Shown here in pieces: positions 16,072 to 30,888 of a DNA stretch of 64,000 bases. Position 1 is the first letter of the stretch, and each line of letters opens with the position of its first letter. The translations under genes and the position numbers were made by a program. This DNA is from Chrysomallon squamiferum (taxonomy: Eukaryota; Animalia; Mollusca). The stretch lies in assembly GCA_012295275.1 (NCBI GenBank), contig CM022678.1, positions 19,406,001-19,470,000 on the forward strand, in the 5' to 3' direction. The notes beneath the pieces are model-generated. The model saw nothing but the letters and a program-made list of their open reading frames with translations, had not been told where the DNA came from and ran no database searches.

Positions 16072-18759
16072 ATAATAATAATAATAATAATAATACTAAT
16101 AATAGTTATAATCATACAAATAATAATAATAATAATAATAATAATAATCATACAGATAATAATAATAATGATATTTTTTCCCTCACGGTTCTATAAATCT
16201 TAACTTTTATTAGGCTATCAAAATCCTATTGGTTTCAGTAAACCTTCGAATCAATTTATGTGAACTAGTCTTTTCTGAACTAAGATGAAGTTTGTGTTAT
16301 TTGCTTCTTGTGTATTTGTATATTACATTTCCTGGCAGTTATAACTTGAATATATAATGAATGAATTTTATATTTTAATGCACAAGTTAAACTATATAAA
16401 AGAAGTTACCTGATAAGGTAATGTAATAACCTTGTTGCGTGACAACAGAAAATAAAACTAAATAAAATGTTTTAATAAGATATATTTTTTAATCCTGACT
16501 TGAACAGTAAATTCCACTAAAGTTATTTATTTAGTAAACGTGATTAAACAAACTGAAAGAGCGCATTAGTGATTTTCCTGGAAATCGAAGTGCGTTTTTT
16601 CAGCGAACTTATTGGGGTTTTTGTAACTAGATGCTAGATTAATGAACGCATTTAGAAATGTGATATTTTAAAGCTAACTTTATATATTTAGTTTCTACGC
16701 AATTTAGTTATTAATTTTCGCGAACGTGATCAAACAAAGTCAGAGCACACGTGACTAATTTTCGTGGAAGTAGAAAAATAAGCTAAATATTCGGATGAAT
16801 GAACACGTTTGTAAACACCATGGCTCTTCTTAGTGAACTCGTTGCGTATCTAAAGAAAAAAGGTTTCCCTCGCCTGAACTAAAGCTAACCAACACACAAC
16901 TCATATTTTTTTTTTCTTTTTTTTTCTTTATATTATAACACAAGGACTCACAGCAGTTCTAACTGTTATTCACTTTTATCAGCCAACATGAGTTAAAAAC
17001 ACTACAGCTGTCAGCCGATATATAACAATACAGAAACAGAAACGAGTGTACGAAATTAGGTCACTGAAATGTACAAGAAATATAGCAATCGGGAGATGCT
17101 AGAACTATCTATAAAGCTGATTCATCTTGTTCTGTAAATTACACCTGTGAAAATAGTAAGACAACAGACAACAGTGAACTAAAAGACGAGTCATGATTTT
17201 AAATTTAATAATGCAGAAAAATAATAATAATTAAAAGAAAAATATTTACCTTCCCATTATTTAAATACTCCTAATACTGTATTATTCCGTTTAAGTTTAA
17301 ATACTAAAGAAAATATTATTTGGAATGCCAGAGAAAACTGGATGTGACATTATTATTGTTATAATTACTACTACTACTATTATTATTATTATTATTATTA
17401 TCATCATCATCATCATCATCATCATCATCTGTTTTTCTTCTCAGTGTTGTAATCTGCAGAGATATAAAACTAAATAAAATTCTGAATAAGATATATTTCT
17501 TTTAATTCTAACTCGAAATTTTGTTATTTAGTAAAGGTGGTTAAATAAAGTGACACCACGCATCAGTAATTTTCGTGGAATGTATCAGGTTTGTGTAACT
17601 AGATGCTGAATGAATGAACGTATTTAGAAATGGGATGTGAAATCAATATTTTAATGGTAACTTTATATATTTATTTTCTACGTAATTTAACTATTAATTT
17701 TAGCGAACGTGATTACACAAAGTCAGAGCACATGTGACTAATTTTCGTGGAATTAGAAAAACGAGCCACATACATATATTCGGATCAGTGAACATGTTTA
17801 GAAATAGCATGTCTACTGAGTGTAGGTAAGAAAAACATAGAAAAATATGAGTGGTCTCTTCTTGCTCCATTTAGTTCAATAACAGCAACAACAACAGCAA
17901 CAACAAGAGCAGCAGCAACAACAACAACATTAATAATAATAATAAGAAGAAGAAGAAGAAGAATATCGAAAAATAAAATGAAATACTTCGATTCCTATAG
18001 CTGCTTTGATGGTCGTTAGGATGCAATAATACTATCCTGTACACAACTCACATCTCTACTTAGTTTTCTTTCTCTATTTATTTTATTTTGAGGAATAACA
18101 ACACTGAAGTGTTTGGGCCAGAGAATAATAAACAAAATGACCTGCTTCACAATTTTAAATTAAATTACATAAAAATGAAAAAAGAATTTAAAAAAAATAA
18201 AATGAAAAAGAGAAAATGAAAGACAACCCAATATTTGTTTTACCTTTAAAAGATTCTAATTTTTATTAGGCTATCAAAATTTTATCATCGATTTACATTT
18301 TCTTACGGTTTTGAACTAAGCTGAATTTTGTGTTAATTTGTTCTGTTATTTGCTTCGTGGGTATTTGTATATTGCACTTAATTGTAGTTATAACTTATTA
18401 TATCAGTTAACTATTCGAGAATTATTGTTATAACTTAATGGATAAGTAATGAATAAATTCTTAGTTAAATATAAAGTATATGACCGGAATAAGATTTTTT
18501 AACTCAAACTTACACGTTCTCTCTGGATGTTCCTTACAGCGAAACTAACTGTCAGTGTTATATAAGTGACTTCTTTCTACTTTCCTTATAGAATTCCACG
18601 AATCTGTTCAGAAAGACGATATGACTATTGTAAAAACTATGTAAAAATGTGTTCTAACAAGGGAATATTCCCCTTAGGTTTAAATATTAAAGAAAATATT
18701 ATTTGGAATCCCAGAGAAAACGGTTCATGAGGCATTATTATGATTATTCCTATTAATGC

Positions 18760-18806
<47 letters not shown>

Positions 18807-19667
18807 GTTGTTGTTTTTTTTTTTGTTTTTTTTTTGCTGTTTTTTTGTTGTTGTTTTTCTTTGAGGGTTTTAGTCTGTTGAGAAATGAAACTAAATAAAA
18901 TGTGTTAAAAAGATACATTTCTAAATCATAATTTGAAATTTAGTTATTTAGTAAACGTGATTAAACAAAGTGAAACCAGGCATCAGTAATAGAAGAACAA
19001 GGTATACGTTCGTTCAGCCAATATCATGTTTGTGTAACTAGATACTGGTTGATCAAAGCTTTTAGAAATGTCAAATACCAGATTTAAAGCAAACTTTATA
19101 TATTTTCGTTCTATCTAATTTAACTATTAATTTTCGTGAACATTATTTTAAAAAGTCAAAGCAAAAGTGACTAATTCTCGTGAAATTTTAGAAATATGCT
19201 AAATATTCGGATCAATGAAAAACCATGTCAACTGTGTGAAACGGTGTGCAGTAAATAATAATAATAATAATAATGTTCATAAGATATTTTTTAATACTAA
19301 CTTGAATAGTATTTTCTGTAAATTTAGTTGTTTAGTAAACGTGATTAAAAAACTGAAAATACACACTAGTAGTTTTCGTGGAAATAGAAGTATAAGGTTT
19401 ACGTTCGTTGAGCGAATTTATGTGGTTTGTGTAACTAGATACTTGATGAATGAACGTATTTAGAAATGTGATGTCAAATACAAAAGTTAACGCTAAATTT
19501 ATATACTTGTTTTCTGTGTAATTTCGCTATCAATTTTCGAGAACGTGATTAAGCAAAGTCAAAGCACACGTGACAAATTCTCGGGAAATATGAGAAACAC
19601 GATAAATATTCGGATCAATGAAAACTACGAGAATTGCCATGTCTAGTGTGTCAAAACTGTTTACATA

Positions 19668-19710
<43 letters not shown>

Positions 19711-20312
19711 GTAATAATAAATTAATAAATAAATAAATAGATAAAATAAAATAAAACTGAAGAATGAAAACAAAAAAAGGTAATTTTTGTGTTGCCTTTA
19801 TATCAGCATTAGCTGCTGTAGTTTTCATTCTCTATTTATTTAAATTTGATGAATCACACATGCATAGTTTTGGGCCGGAATATAATTTTAGTTTTTAAAA
19901 GTGACTGTTTCAACATTTTAAATAACCTTGGGTATTTTTATATTTCACTTAATTGTAATTATAACTTATATATCAGTTAACTATTCGTGAACCATAGTTA
20001 TGATTTAATGGACAAGTAATGAATAAACTATTAGTTAAAGATAAAGTATAAGATCGGAATAACAAATTTTAAATCAAACTTACACGTTCTCTCTGGATGT
20101 TCCTTACTCCAAAACTAACCGTCAGTGTTCTGTGAGCGACGTTTTTCTACTTTCCTCTTTGAATTCCACGAATCTGTTCAGAAAGCGGATACGATTGTTG
20201 TAAAAACTACGTAAAGAAATGTTGTCTAATGCTGTAATATTCCGTTCAGGTATAAATATTAAAGAAAATATTATTTCGAATGCCAAAGGAAACTGTTCGT
20301 GAGGCATTATTA

Positions 20313-20343
<31 letters not shown>

Positions 20344-20636
20344 CATCATCATCATCATAATCATCATCTCTTTTTCTATTGCAGAGTTCTAGTCTGAAGA
20401 AAATAAAACTAAATACAATTTGTGAATAAGATATATTTTTTAATCCTAACTTGAACAATATTTTCAACTAAATCTGGTTATTTAGTAAAGATGAATTTAA
20501 AAAAAACTGAAACTACGCAATAGTAATTTTCGCGAAAATGATTAAACAAAGTCAAAGCACAGGTGACTAATTAGAGAAATAGGACACATTTCCCAGTCAA
20601 CGAACCCATCGAGAAATACCAAGTCTACTGCATCAA

Positions 20637-20685
<49 letters not shown>

Positions 20686-21294
20686 TGATACTAATATTTG
20701 TGTATTACACTTTCTTGTAGTTATAGTCTAGACTAGGTAATTCGTCAATTAATTCTATATTTTAATGCACAAGTAAAGAATAAAATATTATTTAATTATC
20801 TCGATGTTCCTTACTGTGAAAGTAACTGTCAGTGTTATATAAACGACTTCTTTCTACTTTCCTTTTTGAATTGCACGATTCAGTTCAGAAAGACGCTATG
20901 ACTGTTGTAAAACCTATGTAAAAATGTTTTCGTGGAAATAGAAGTATAAGTTGTACGTTCGTTAAGCTAATGTATCTGTTTTTTGTCACTAGATACTGGA
21001 TTAATCAACACATTTACAAGTGTGATATCAAATACAAAATTTAAAGCGAAGTTTATATTTATTTTCTAGTAACTTAGTATTAATTTCAGTGAATGTGATC
21101 AAACAAAGTCAAAGTACACAGGACTAATCTTCGTGAAATTAGAGACATATGCTAAATATTTAGATCAACGAACTCAAAGACAAATATAATATCTACTGCG
21201 TGAAACCGTTTGAAGCAAAATAATAATAATAATAATAAATATAATTTTTTCTTAAGATATTTCTTAATTCTAACTTGAACAATATTTTCCACTA

Positions 21295-21349
<55 letters not shown>

Positions 21350-21596
21350 TCGAAAAATAAAATAAAATATTTCGATTCCTGTCAGGCTCGTTCGGATTAA
21401 GTAATACTATCCTGTACAAAACTCATATGTCCATGATATTTCTTTCTCTATGACTTCTTTCTACATTCCACGTTTCTGAATTCCACGAGTCTTGTAAAAG
21501 CTATGTGAAAAATATTTTATAATAGGGAAATATTACATTTAGGTTCAAATATTAAAGACAATATTATTTGGAATGCCAGACAAACTAATGATGGGA

Positions 21597-21642
<46 letters not shown>

Positions 21643-22958
21643 GTTATTAACCTTTACGTCAGCAGTATTTTCCAGTAAATTTAGTTATTTAGTAAAAGTG
21701 ATTAAACAAACTGAAACTATACATTAGTAGTTTTCGTGGAAAGAGAAGTATAAGGTAGACGTTCGTTCAGTGAACTGATTTGATCTGTGCAACTAGATAC
21801 TGGATGGATGGACGATTTAGAAATGTGATATCAAATAAATATCTTAAATGTAACTTTATTCGTTTATTTTCTACCTAATTTAACTATTAATTTTAGCGAA
21901 CGTGATTACACAAAATCAGAGCACATGTTACTAATTTTCGTGGAATTAGAAAAACGAGCCACATACATATATTAGTATCAGTGAACACGATTAGAAATAA
22001 CATGTCTACTGAGCGTACGTAAGAAAAAAATAGAAAAAATATGAGTGGTTTCTTCTTGCTCCATTTAGTTCAATAACAACAACAAGAACAGTAGCATCAA
22101 CAACAACAACAACAATATTAATAATAGTAATAATAATAATAATAAGAAGAAGAATATCGAAAAATAAAATAAAATAAAATACTTCGATTCCTATAGCTGC
22201 TGTGATGGTGGTTAGGATGAAATAATACTATCCTGTACACAACTCACATCTCATAAGTTTTCTTTCTCTATTTATCTTAATTTGAGGAATCACAACACTG
22301 GCGTGTTTGGCCAGAAAATTATAAACAAAATGACCTGCTTTTACAATTTTAAATTAAATTACATAAAAATGAAAAAAAAAAAGAAAAAAAAAAATGAAAA
22401 CGAGAAAAAGAAAGACAACCTAATATTTGTTTTACCTTTAAAAGATTCTAAATTTTATTAGGCTATCAAAATTTTATCATCGATTTACATTTTCTTACGG
22501 TTTTGAACTAAGCTGAATTTTTAGTTAATTTGTTCTGTTATTTGCTTCGTGGGTATTTGTATATTGCACTTAATTGTAGTTATAACTTATTATATCAGTT
22601 AACTATTCGAGAATTATTGTTATAACTTAATGGATAAGTAATGAATAAATTCTTAGTTAAATATAAAGTATATGACCGGAATAATATTTTTTAAATCAAA
22701 CTTACACGTTCTCTCTGGATGTTCCTTACTGCGAAACTAACTGTCAGTGTTATATAAGTGACTTCTTTCTATTTTCGTTTTAAATTCCACGAATCGTTTA
22801 GAAAGACGATATGATCGTCGTAAAAGCTGTGTAAAAATGCTTTGTAATACTTCATTATTCTGTGCAGATTTAAATAGAAAAGAAAATATTATTTCGAAAG
22901 CCAGACAAATTGTTTATGGACATCTTTAGTAGTATTGTTGTTATTATTATTATTATTA

Positions 22959-22990
<32 letters not shown>

Positions 22991-23551
22991 GTTGTTGTTG
23001 TTGTTATTGCTGTTGTTGTTACTGTTGTTGTTATTGTTATGTTTTTCTATTGCACGGCTGTAATCTGTAGAAAATAAAACTAAATACAATTTGTCAATAA
23101 GATATATTTTTTTTAATCCTTTGCTTTAACAGTATTTTCCACTAAATTTAGTTATTTAGTAAACGTGATTAAACACACTGAAACAATGCATTAGTAATTT
23201 TCGTGGAAATAGAAGTAGAAGGTTTACGTCCGTTCGACGAACTTATCTGTTTTGTGTAACTAGATGCTGGATGAATGAACGTATTTAGTGCAATTAGAAG
23301 TATAAGGTTTACGTTCGTTCAGCGAAGTTATTTGGTTTGTGCAACTAGATACTGGGTAAATCAAACCATTCAGAAATGTGATATCCAATACAAAATTTAA
23401 AGCTATTAATTTTCGGGAACGCGATTAATCAAAGACAAAGCACACATGACTAATTCTTGTAAAAATTGAGAGATATGCCAAATATTCGGATCAACGAACA
23501 CATCGAGAAATATTATGTCTACTGTGTGAAACGGTCTGCAGGAAATAATAA

Positions 23552-23605
<54 letters not shown>

Positions 23606-24321
23606 TAAAATAAATAAATAAATAATAACAAATAAATAAATAAATAAATAAGTGATAAAGTTTTCTTTCCTTATTTGTATAAATTTAAGGAATCACAGCT
23701 GTGTAGTGCTTGGGCCAGAGAATAATCAACAAAATCACCAGCTTCAAAATTTCAATAAATACAGAACAAAAAAGAAGAGGAAATTTTTGTCTCATCTTTA
23801 TATAATAATTTGTATTTGTCCATTCAAGTTTTACTGGTTTCAAAAGCCTTTCCCGTCGATTTACGTGTTTTAATTTGTTTTAACCTAAGCTGAAGTTTAA
23901 GTTAATTTGTTGATATTGATGGAAAGTTTAGTATGAACTTGTTTGTTATTTTTTTTTCTTAATTTCCTTTTCATAGATGAGATATTTTAGTGTTAATAAA
24001 TAATGGCATACAGAGGAAGAAATTTGTTATTACTTTATTATTATTAAATTATGGTATAGAAAGGTTTTGCAATTATTACTTTATTATTAATAAAGAATAG
24101 TATATAAAAGACGGTTATGTAATTTCTACTTATTATTAGTAAAGAATGGCTTAGAGAAAGGTTTTTGATAAAAAGTGTAGAGTGTGTTGTTTTTATTTCC
24201 TTTTCATGAGCTTGTTCAGTGATGGTAAATTGTGAAAGCTTGGTATGAATTGTTTTCAAATAAGGTAATATTTTTAAAACAATATTCTTATTTTGAAAGC
24301 AATATCAAACTGATGAAGGAT

Positions 24322-24382
<61 letters not shown>

Positions 24383-25000
24383 GTGTTGTTATTTTTTCCT
24401 TTCTTTTTCTTCCCAGTGTTCTAACAAATAGAAAAGTAAAACTTAGACCATCTAAATTTTTGCTAGACTGAAAAACTTATTTCCCGTTGATTTACGAGAT
24501 CTTGTCTTTTCTTAGCTAAGCTCAATTTCTATTCAACGTCTTGTTTTACTTGCTGCTTTTGTATGTGCATTTTACTTCCTTATAATTATAGCCCGTTATC
24601 TATCAAAAGACAATTCGTGAATCAGAGGTATATTTTAATGCTATTATTATTTTCCACGAAATTTACCTGTTTAGCGATTAAACAAACTGAAACCAGGAAT
24701 TAGTAATTTTCGTACAATTAGCAAAATAATAATAAAAAACCAAACACAAAACGTAATTCAATGAACTGGTTTGGTTTGTGTAACTGAATGCAGGATTAAT
24801 GGACACATTTAGAAACCTGACATCAAATACTTAACTGAAAGCTATATTATCTATTTATTTTATATGAACAGTAGCTTTAATTTTCACGAACGTGATTAAA
24901 CAAAGTGAAAGCACTCATGACTAAGTTTAGTCGAATTAGAAAAATACGATAAATATTCCGATCAGCGGAAACATTTAGAAATACGTCCGAGTGATTTCGC
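15150..25000. repeat. Degenerate modular tandem repeat field (three or more module types separated by AAT tracts)
   Basis: Recurring words: aacgtgattaaacaaa..taattttcgtggaa.tagaa (many copies); aatcaaacttacacgttctctctggatgttccttac (18.5, 20.1, 22.7 kb); gaaattaggtcactgaaat. Also a closer internal duplication, ~17.5-18.7 kb vs ~21.7-22.9 kb. Confidence 0.85.
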
Positions 25001-25516
25001 TCTTTAGCAATAAAAGTGTAGACGTTCTGCATTTAAACTGAAAAACGAAATAAATGAATAAATAAATACTGCGAGTCTTAGTGTTTATTAGATAAAATGC
25101 TTGGTGTAAGTGAGGACTTGTTTGATGTGAAGAAAACCGATTGTAACTACAAAAATAAAATATCTTCCTCGACTTTTCTTAATCTAATAACCGATTTTTG
25201 AATCAGTATGCATGTCATTCAGGCTACATGAGGTAGCTATCCCTCTTTTCTGCTCCCCTGGTGAAAACTGCATCACGAGTTATGTTATCATTTCTGAAGT
25301 ACGTGATAGTTGATTTCAAAAGGCTAAATGCCATTTTCTTATTATAGATTTTTTTTTCTAGAAATTAAATAAGAAGGAATAAAATAAAGCAGAATTTTGA
25401 CAGTAATATTTATTTCATTTTAAAACATGATCTGTTCAAAAATGGAATTGTGTCCCTGATCACAGTAGCATATAAATATCATATTTATATAGCTTTATCA
25501 CACCAGTTATAATAAC

Positions 25517-25553
<37 letters not shown>

Positions 25554-26666
25554 CAATAATGATAGAAGAATAATAAGACGAAGAAGAAACAGAAGAATCG
25601 TACTGATAACAAATGATTATTATTATCATCATCATCATCATCATCATTCCTTGTTACTAGTTATCGGATTATCTAAAGTGAATAAAAACTCACTGCGTTA
25701 TTTAGGATAGACCAGGATAATAAAGTTAAATGTATGGATCAAGGTTTCTAAAGAGTACTGTGAAACGAACGCATATTCAAACATCTAACAAACACACTAT
25801 GCATTATATTGATTAACAAATGAAAGTTCTCTTATTCTATGACAGACTAATTCACAGCAAGTTTCTGCATGATCTTTTACCTGTGAGATATTTTTATGTT
25901 TATATTATAATTATGTGCAAGTATCTCTGACATGTGGAGTTTCTAATTTTTTATTTATTTTTTATTATTTATTTATTTATTTATTTATTTATTATTATTA
26001 CTTTTTTCTTTTAGTCTTTTGAAAATAAACAAAAACAACAACAATATAACAATAAAAAATTAAAATATATATAGAAAAAATAAAAATTAAAAAAACATCT
26101 GTTTTTAATATGTTGTCTTCTTATCATAACAACCAGAACTAAATGTTATATAGTCTGTATTTATACTGAAAAACAAACAAAATAAATAAATAAATAAATA
26201 ATGAATAAATCAGTAAGTAAGATCATCCGGATTGGAAAGTGGACTGGATAGTAAATTTAAAAAATCACCATAATCATTTGTTTACTTAATAACCATTATT
26301 ACCATTAGAAGTAGTAGTAGTAGAAATAGTTACAGCTGCAGTACTGTTAATAAGAAGAGTAGTGATAGTAGAAATAGCAGTAGCAGTACTAGTGTTTTAG
26401 TCGTTCATACTGTTTCTATACACCAAATTAGAAACAAATTTATATATGAAAAAAGTGAAACGTTCAAACTTAAATTTAATTCATTTTCACTCTATTATTT
26501 TTCCTGTTGTTCAGGTCAATCATATACTGGTAGTAATTGTCTTACATTTTATTGTTCTTGTTTCCGTTCTTGTCTTTGTTGGTGTCAATTTAATTGTTGT
26601 TGTTTTCTATTTCTTCTTCGTTTTAACTTTATAATTACAATTATTATTATTATTATTATTATTATT

Positions 26667-26708
<42 letters not shown>

Positions 26709-26975
26709 ATTATTATTATTATTATTATTACAATAAACACTAAGATGAAAAGGTCAAAAGGTTAGTGTAGACATTTGACCTGATAACAGTAAGTTCACAC
26801 AAAGCTCTTTATGTAAAAATAGGATTAATTAAAACAGCTTACACTTCCAACTCTAAATTACAAAATTGTGAAAACTATTCACATACAAAGACTTTATCAT
26901 TAATACAATTCACTGACCTGGAGCCACAATAACACACAAAACAATAAAACAGAAAAGGATACTCTAAATCAGCAT

Positions 26976-26981
26976 TTTATT
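26976..26981 (-). terminator. Polyadenylation signal of copy B1
   Basis: Conserved gAATAAAatgctga context. Confidence 0.5.
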
Positions 26982-27332
26982 CAGGCATAATTAGTTTGTA
27001 TATAGATATAGACAGACAGATACACAAAAACATATATTATATTATATTATATTATATTATATTATATTATATTATATTATATTATATTATATTATTTTCT
27101 ATTATAGATTCTATATTATATTACAAATAAGCCATGATTCTTATATTACACTTTAGATTACACAAATTTCATTTCTACTAGTAGTAGTAGTAGTAGTAGT
27201 ATTCTTGTTTTTCTTGTTGTTCTTGTAGTAGTAGTAGTAGTAATAGTAGTAGTAGTAGTACTTTGATTAAGAAAGTCGAACAATCCATGCAGTTCAATTC
27301 AAATTATTGTTAAGATCAGTAAATGACAACAT

Positions 27333-29481
27333 TTACAAATTCACGTCAGCGTTAACAAGAAGTGGAAAAATATCCACCAGCCAGTCCACTGCAGCTTTGT
27401 CGTCTGCTTCGTCTGGTGGAGTTTTTCCTGTTTTGAAATCATTCAGTTCAGTGACACGATCAGTCTCTCCTGATTTCAAGCACACAATTATCATCTTCTC
27501 TTTTTTTGTAGCAGTTGCTATTGCCAAATCAATGGCCTGTTTCCAGTGTGTGTTTGGCGTATCCGAATCAACAACTACAACAATGCATCGAATAAGAGGC
27601 ATCAGTTGTTCGTAAAATAGATATCATCCATTCCTTCAAAGGCAAGCTCGTCATTTCTCGTGACTTTGAGACCTGTATAGTCTTCTATAACTTGCTGAAT
27701 CTTGTTTGAAATGTGTGATGTTTCCCAGTCGTCTTTGTCATGGAGAATCATGACATCAGCGCCATTTATTTCATCTTCTTTGTTCGTTTTGTAATAGAAC
27801 TTAAAAATCCTCCTGAAACATGACCAAGCTTTACCCGGTGACTCGACTGTTGATAAGATATGCTGTGCTGTTTTCAGGTAAACTCGACTGATTAAAGGAA
27901 TAACCTTATCAGCTTCTTGGGTGCCCATCATCAGACTTACACAGAGTCTGGCATTTTCGTATTCTTTTTTTATTAAGATATTCTTCTGTAATTCTAACCC
28001 AGTCCTCTAATCCTTGTTCTTGGTCTTCAGTCTTCTCATGAATCGGAAGAAAATGGGCTAATTCACTAATCATACAGTAGACCTTTTCAACCTGCCACGG
28101 CATTGGTACTTCAGGTAGACCATTCGTTTGCATCATCAAATCAGTTACCAGTTTAAAATAACTACGATATTTGTAAAGCATTTCAGACGAAGAAGCTTCT
28201 ATAGCAAGAATTTTGTAGTTTATCATTTCTTTCCTTAGCAAAGCCTTTTCGTCTGAAAGAAAGACCCCTATTTTTACTTTTTTCAAATCGGATTTTACAC
28301 AATTCCATAAAGGCAGAAATTTCTTAGAATGGGTATGTATCAGCTTCCGCTCCTTCTATTACATCTCTTAAGACCGATTCAGCATCTTCAAAGAATTTGT
28401 TAGTGATGTAAGCGGAAGCCAAGTCAAGTGCCGCATCAAAATTTGTGCCGTGTGTGATTTCAACGGCCTGTTGTAAAGTTTCTATCGCACGCTGAAATGT
28501 TTCTTGGTCATTTTCCGATTTCGCTTTTTTGAGCAGAACCTTTCCCAGCTGATGAAGAGCATTTCCAGTAGGCCGAAGCCTAATTGACTCTTCTAACAAA
28601 CTCTCAGCTTTATCCAGTTGCTTTGTGTTTAGGAAATGCTTACCGCAGCTAGCAAGCACAAAGGGGACGTGTTTGCCTAAATCAAGAGCTTTATTAAAAT
28701 ATTCCTCACGCGAAAGCAGCTCAGTTTGTTATTGCACCACTGTTACGAACTCAGTGTCTTCAAATGGCGTCCATCTAAATTCAAGCCGTTTCGCTAATTC
28801 CCCGAGCTCGGCATACGCCATGGCATTCAGTGGTTCTGGTCCCTTACTGCCGACTTCTTGTAGCAGTTTACAGCATCTGACAGCGTGTTCAACGACATCC
28901 ACACCTGACTGAATTGTATAGCTTTGAGCGGACAAAGATCGTCTAAGTGTTAGACCCTCACCAAATTTCCACTCGTATTCTTCAGTGTACTTCTCATTTA
29001 ATTTTCTGTACAGCTTCAGAGCCTTTGGATAAGAAGCTGGTGTAAGTTTAGAGAAGCAATAAGGAAGTTCTGCTTCAGCTACAGCACGCATTCTGTCAAG
29101 GTCTCCCTCCAGGTTTTCCAGTTCGATTAATTCTGATTCAGCAGAACGGTCTTCGTCTTTCTGCAGAAAACGCACACGGTTTGCACGAGGTACAATGTTA
29201 GTAGGATCATGAAGACGGACTTCGGAATTTATCTCGATTGCCTTCTCTCGATCTCCTAGCAAAAAACAGCAGGAAGGAGACAAAATTGTTGGTGCGATTG
29301 TAACTTATCTTTTCATTTTCACATTCTTCCATGTCACCCAATTTTTCTTCTTTCGGTTTTCCTTGAAACTTTTCAAGTAATTTTTCTTTAAGCCGTTTTG
29401 AGCAAAACATAAGATCTGTAAGATGAAAGGAGTGAAGAAACGATTCCAGTCTCTCTTTGAAGGAAATGTCCTCGTGTGTTG
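27333..29481 (-). pseudogene. TPR-TIR copy B1, pseudogene
   Basis: Full-length homolog broken into six ORF pieces. TAA at 28729-28731 and 28324-28326 and a frameshift near 28270 are shared with B2. Three extra homopolymer indels (~27615, ~27968, ~29264) are absent in B2. Acceptor AG at 29483-29482. Confidence 0.88.
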
Positions 29482-29595
29482 CTGAAAAAATATAAATAAT
29501 TGGAATTTGCTGAAGGCGAAAAAAACGTCGTCTTCTTCTTATTATTATTATTATTATTGTTGTTGTTATTATTATTATTATTGTTGTTGTTGTTG

Positions 29596-29642
<47 letters not shown>

Positions 29643-29699
29643 TTGTATTTCTCTCGTTTCCAAATGTATAGTTTCAACTAATAATAATAATAATAATAA

Positions 29700-30328
29700 T
29701 AATAATACACATTTTGCCTCATATATCTGGACACTTGATTTATTTATTTTTTATTAATAACATATTTGTTATCGTAATAAGATATTTAAATCAAACTTAC
29801 ACATTCTCAATGGATGTTCCTTACTCTCATCAGGTAATATATAAATCAGGTGTCTACTTTCCTCACTGAAATTAGAACAGTCTACCCAGTAAATGTAGAT
29901 AAACAATCTCTGTAAGCTACTTATGACCTTGTCGCATGAATATAAACAACAGCTCCTTATTATACTTACCTGCTCTTTAGATTATCATGCCCGGACAGAG
30001 TCCATTTTATTATCAAATTGCTAATGCAATATAAAACTGAGTTTTTCGAGATCAGTTTGATCGTGAGATATTCCTAAATTTATTTTTACTTTTGTCTTAA
30101 TTTTATATATATTTCTCGTTATATTTTATAATTGTTGTTAGTGTTATTGTTGTTGTCGTTGTTGTTGTTATTATTATTATGAATCAATTTCTCTCTCTTT
30201 TTATTCTTTGAAATCCCGCCTTCAATGACGTTGTTCTATGTGTACTTTCTCTAGACCTAACAAAAATGTGTCAGCACTGAATCATTAGTCTTCTTCTTTT
30301 TCTTCTTCTTAATTTTCTTCTTCTTCTT

Positions 30329-30391
<63 letters not shown>

Positions 30392-30835
30392 TTATATTCC
30401 TCTCGTTTCCAGAGGTATGGTTTCAACTAATAATAATAACAAGAAGAAGAAGAAGAAGAAAAAGAAGAATATGAAGAAGAAGAAGAAAAGGATTGTTTTC
30501 AGTCACATAAAAGAACAATAAACAAATAAATAAATGAAATATCTCTAGTTTTTAACTACGTATTACATACAGCTCTATACCATTCTTTACGTTTATAAGG
30601 TTACGTGAAGTAAACATAGCGATCTAATCATAGTATAACAGCATAGAAACTCAAACGTGTTTGTGAAATTAGATCAGTGAGATTTTCAATAAATATAGCG
30701 AGTAAACAGATCCAGAAGATATAAGAAATATAAGAATTTTTCCTTTACAAAGCTGTGTAGTGTTCAGCATAGACTCTAGGTGAGACACTATTCAGCGATT
30801 TGACATGCATCTACATTTTATATGTTAATAATTAA

Positions 30836-30888
<53 letters not shown>

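Noticed and set aside
15150-25000. CRISPR-like array suggested by recurring words with variable intervening DNA
   Set aside because: Repeats are long, degenerate and irregularly spaced, the intervening DNA is itself repeated, there are no cas genes, and the context is eukaryotic.
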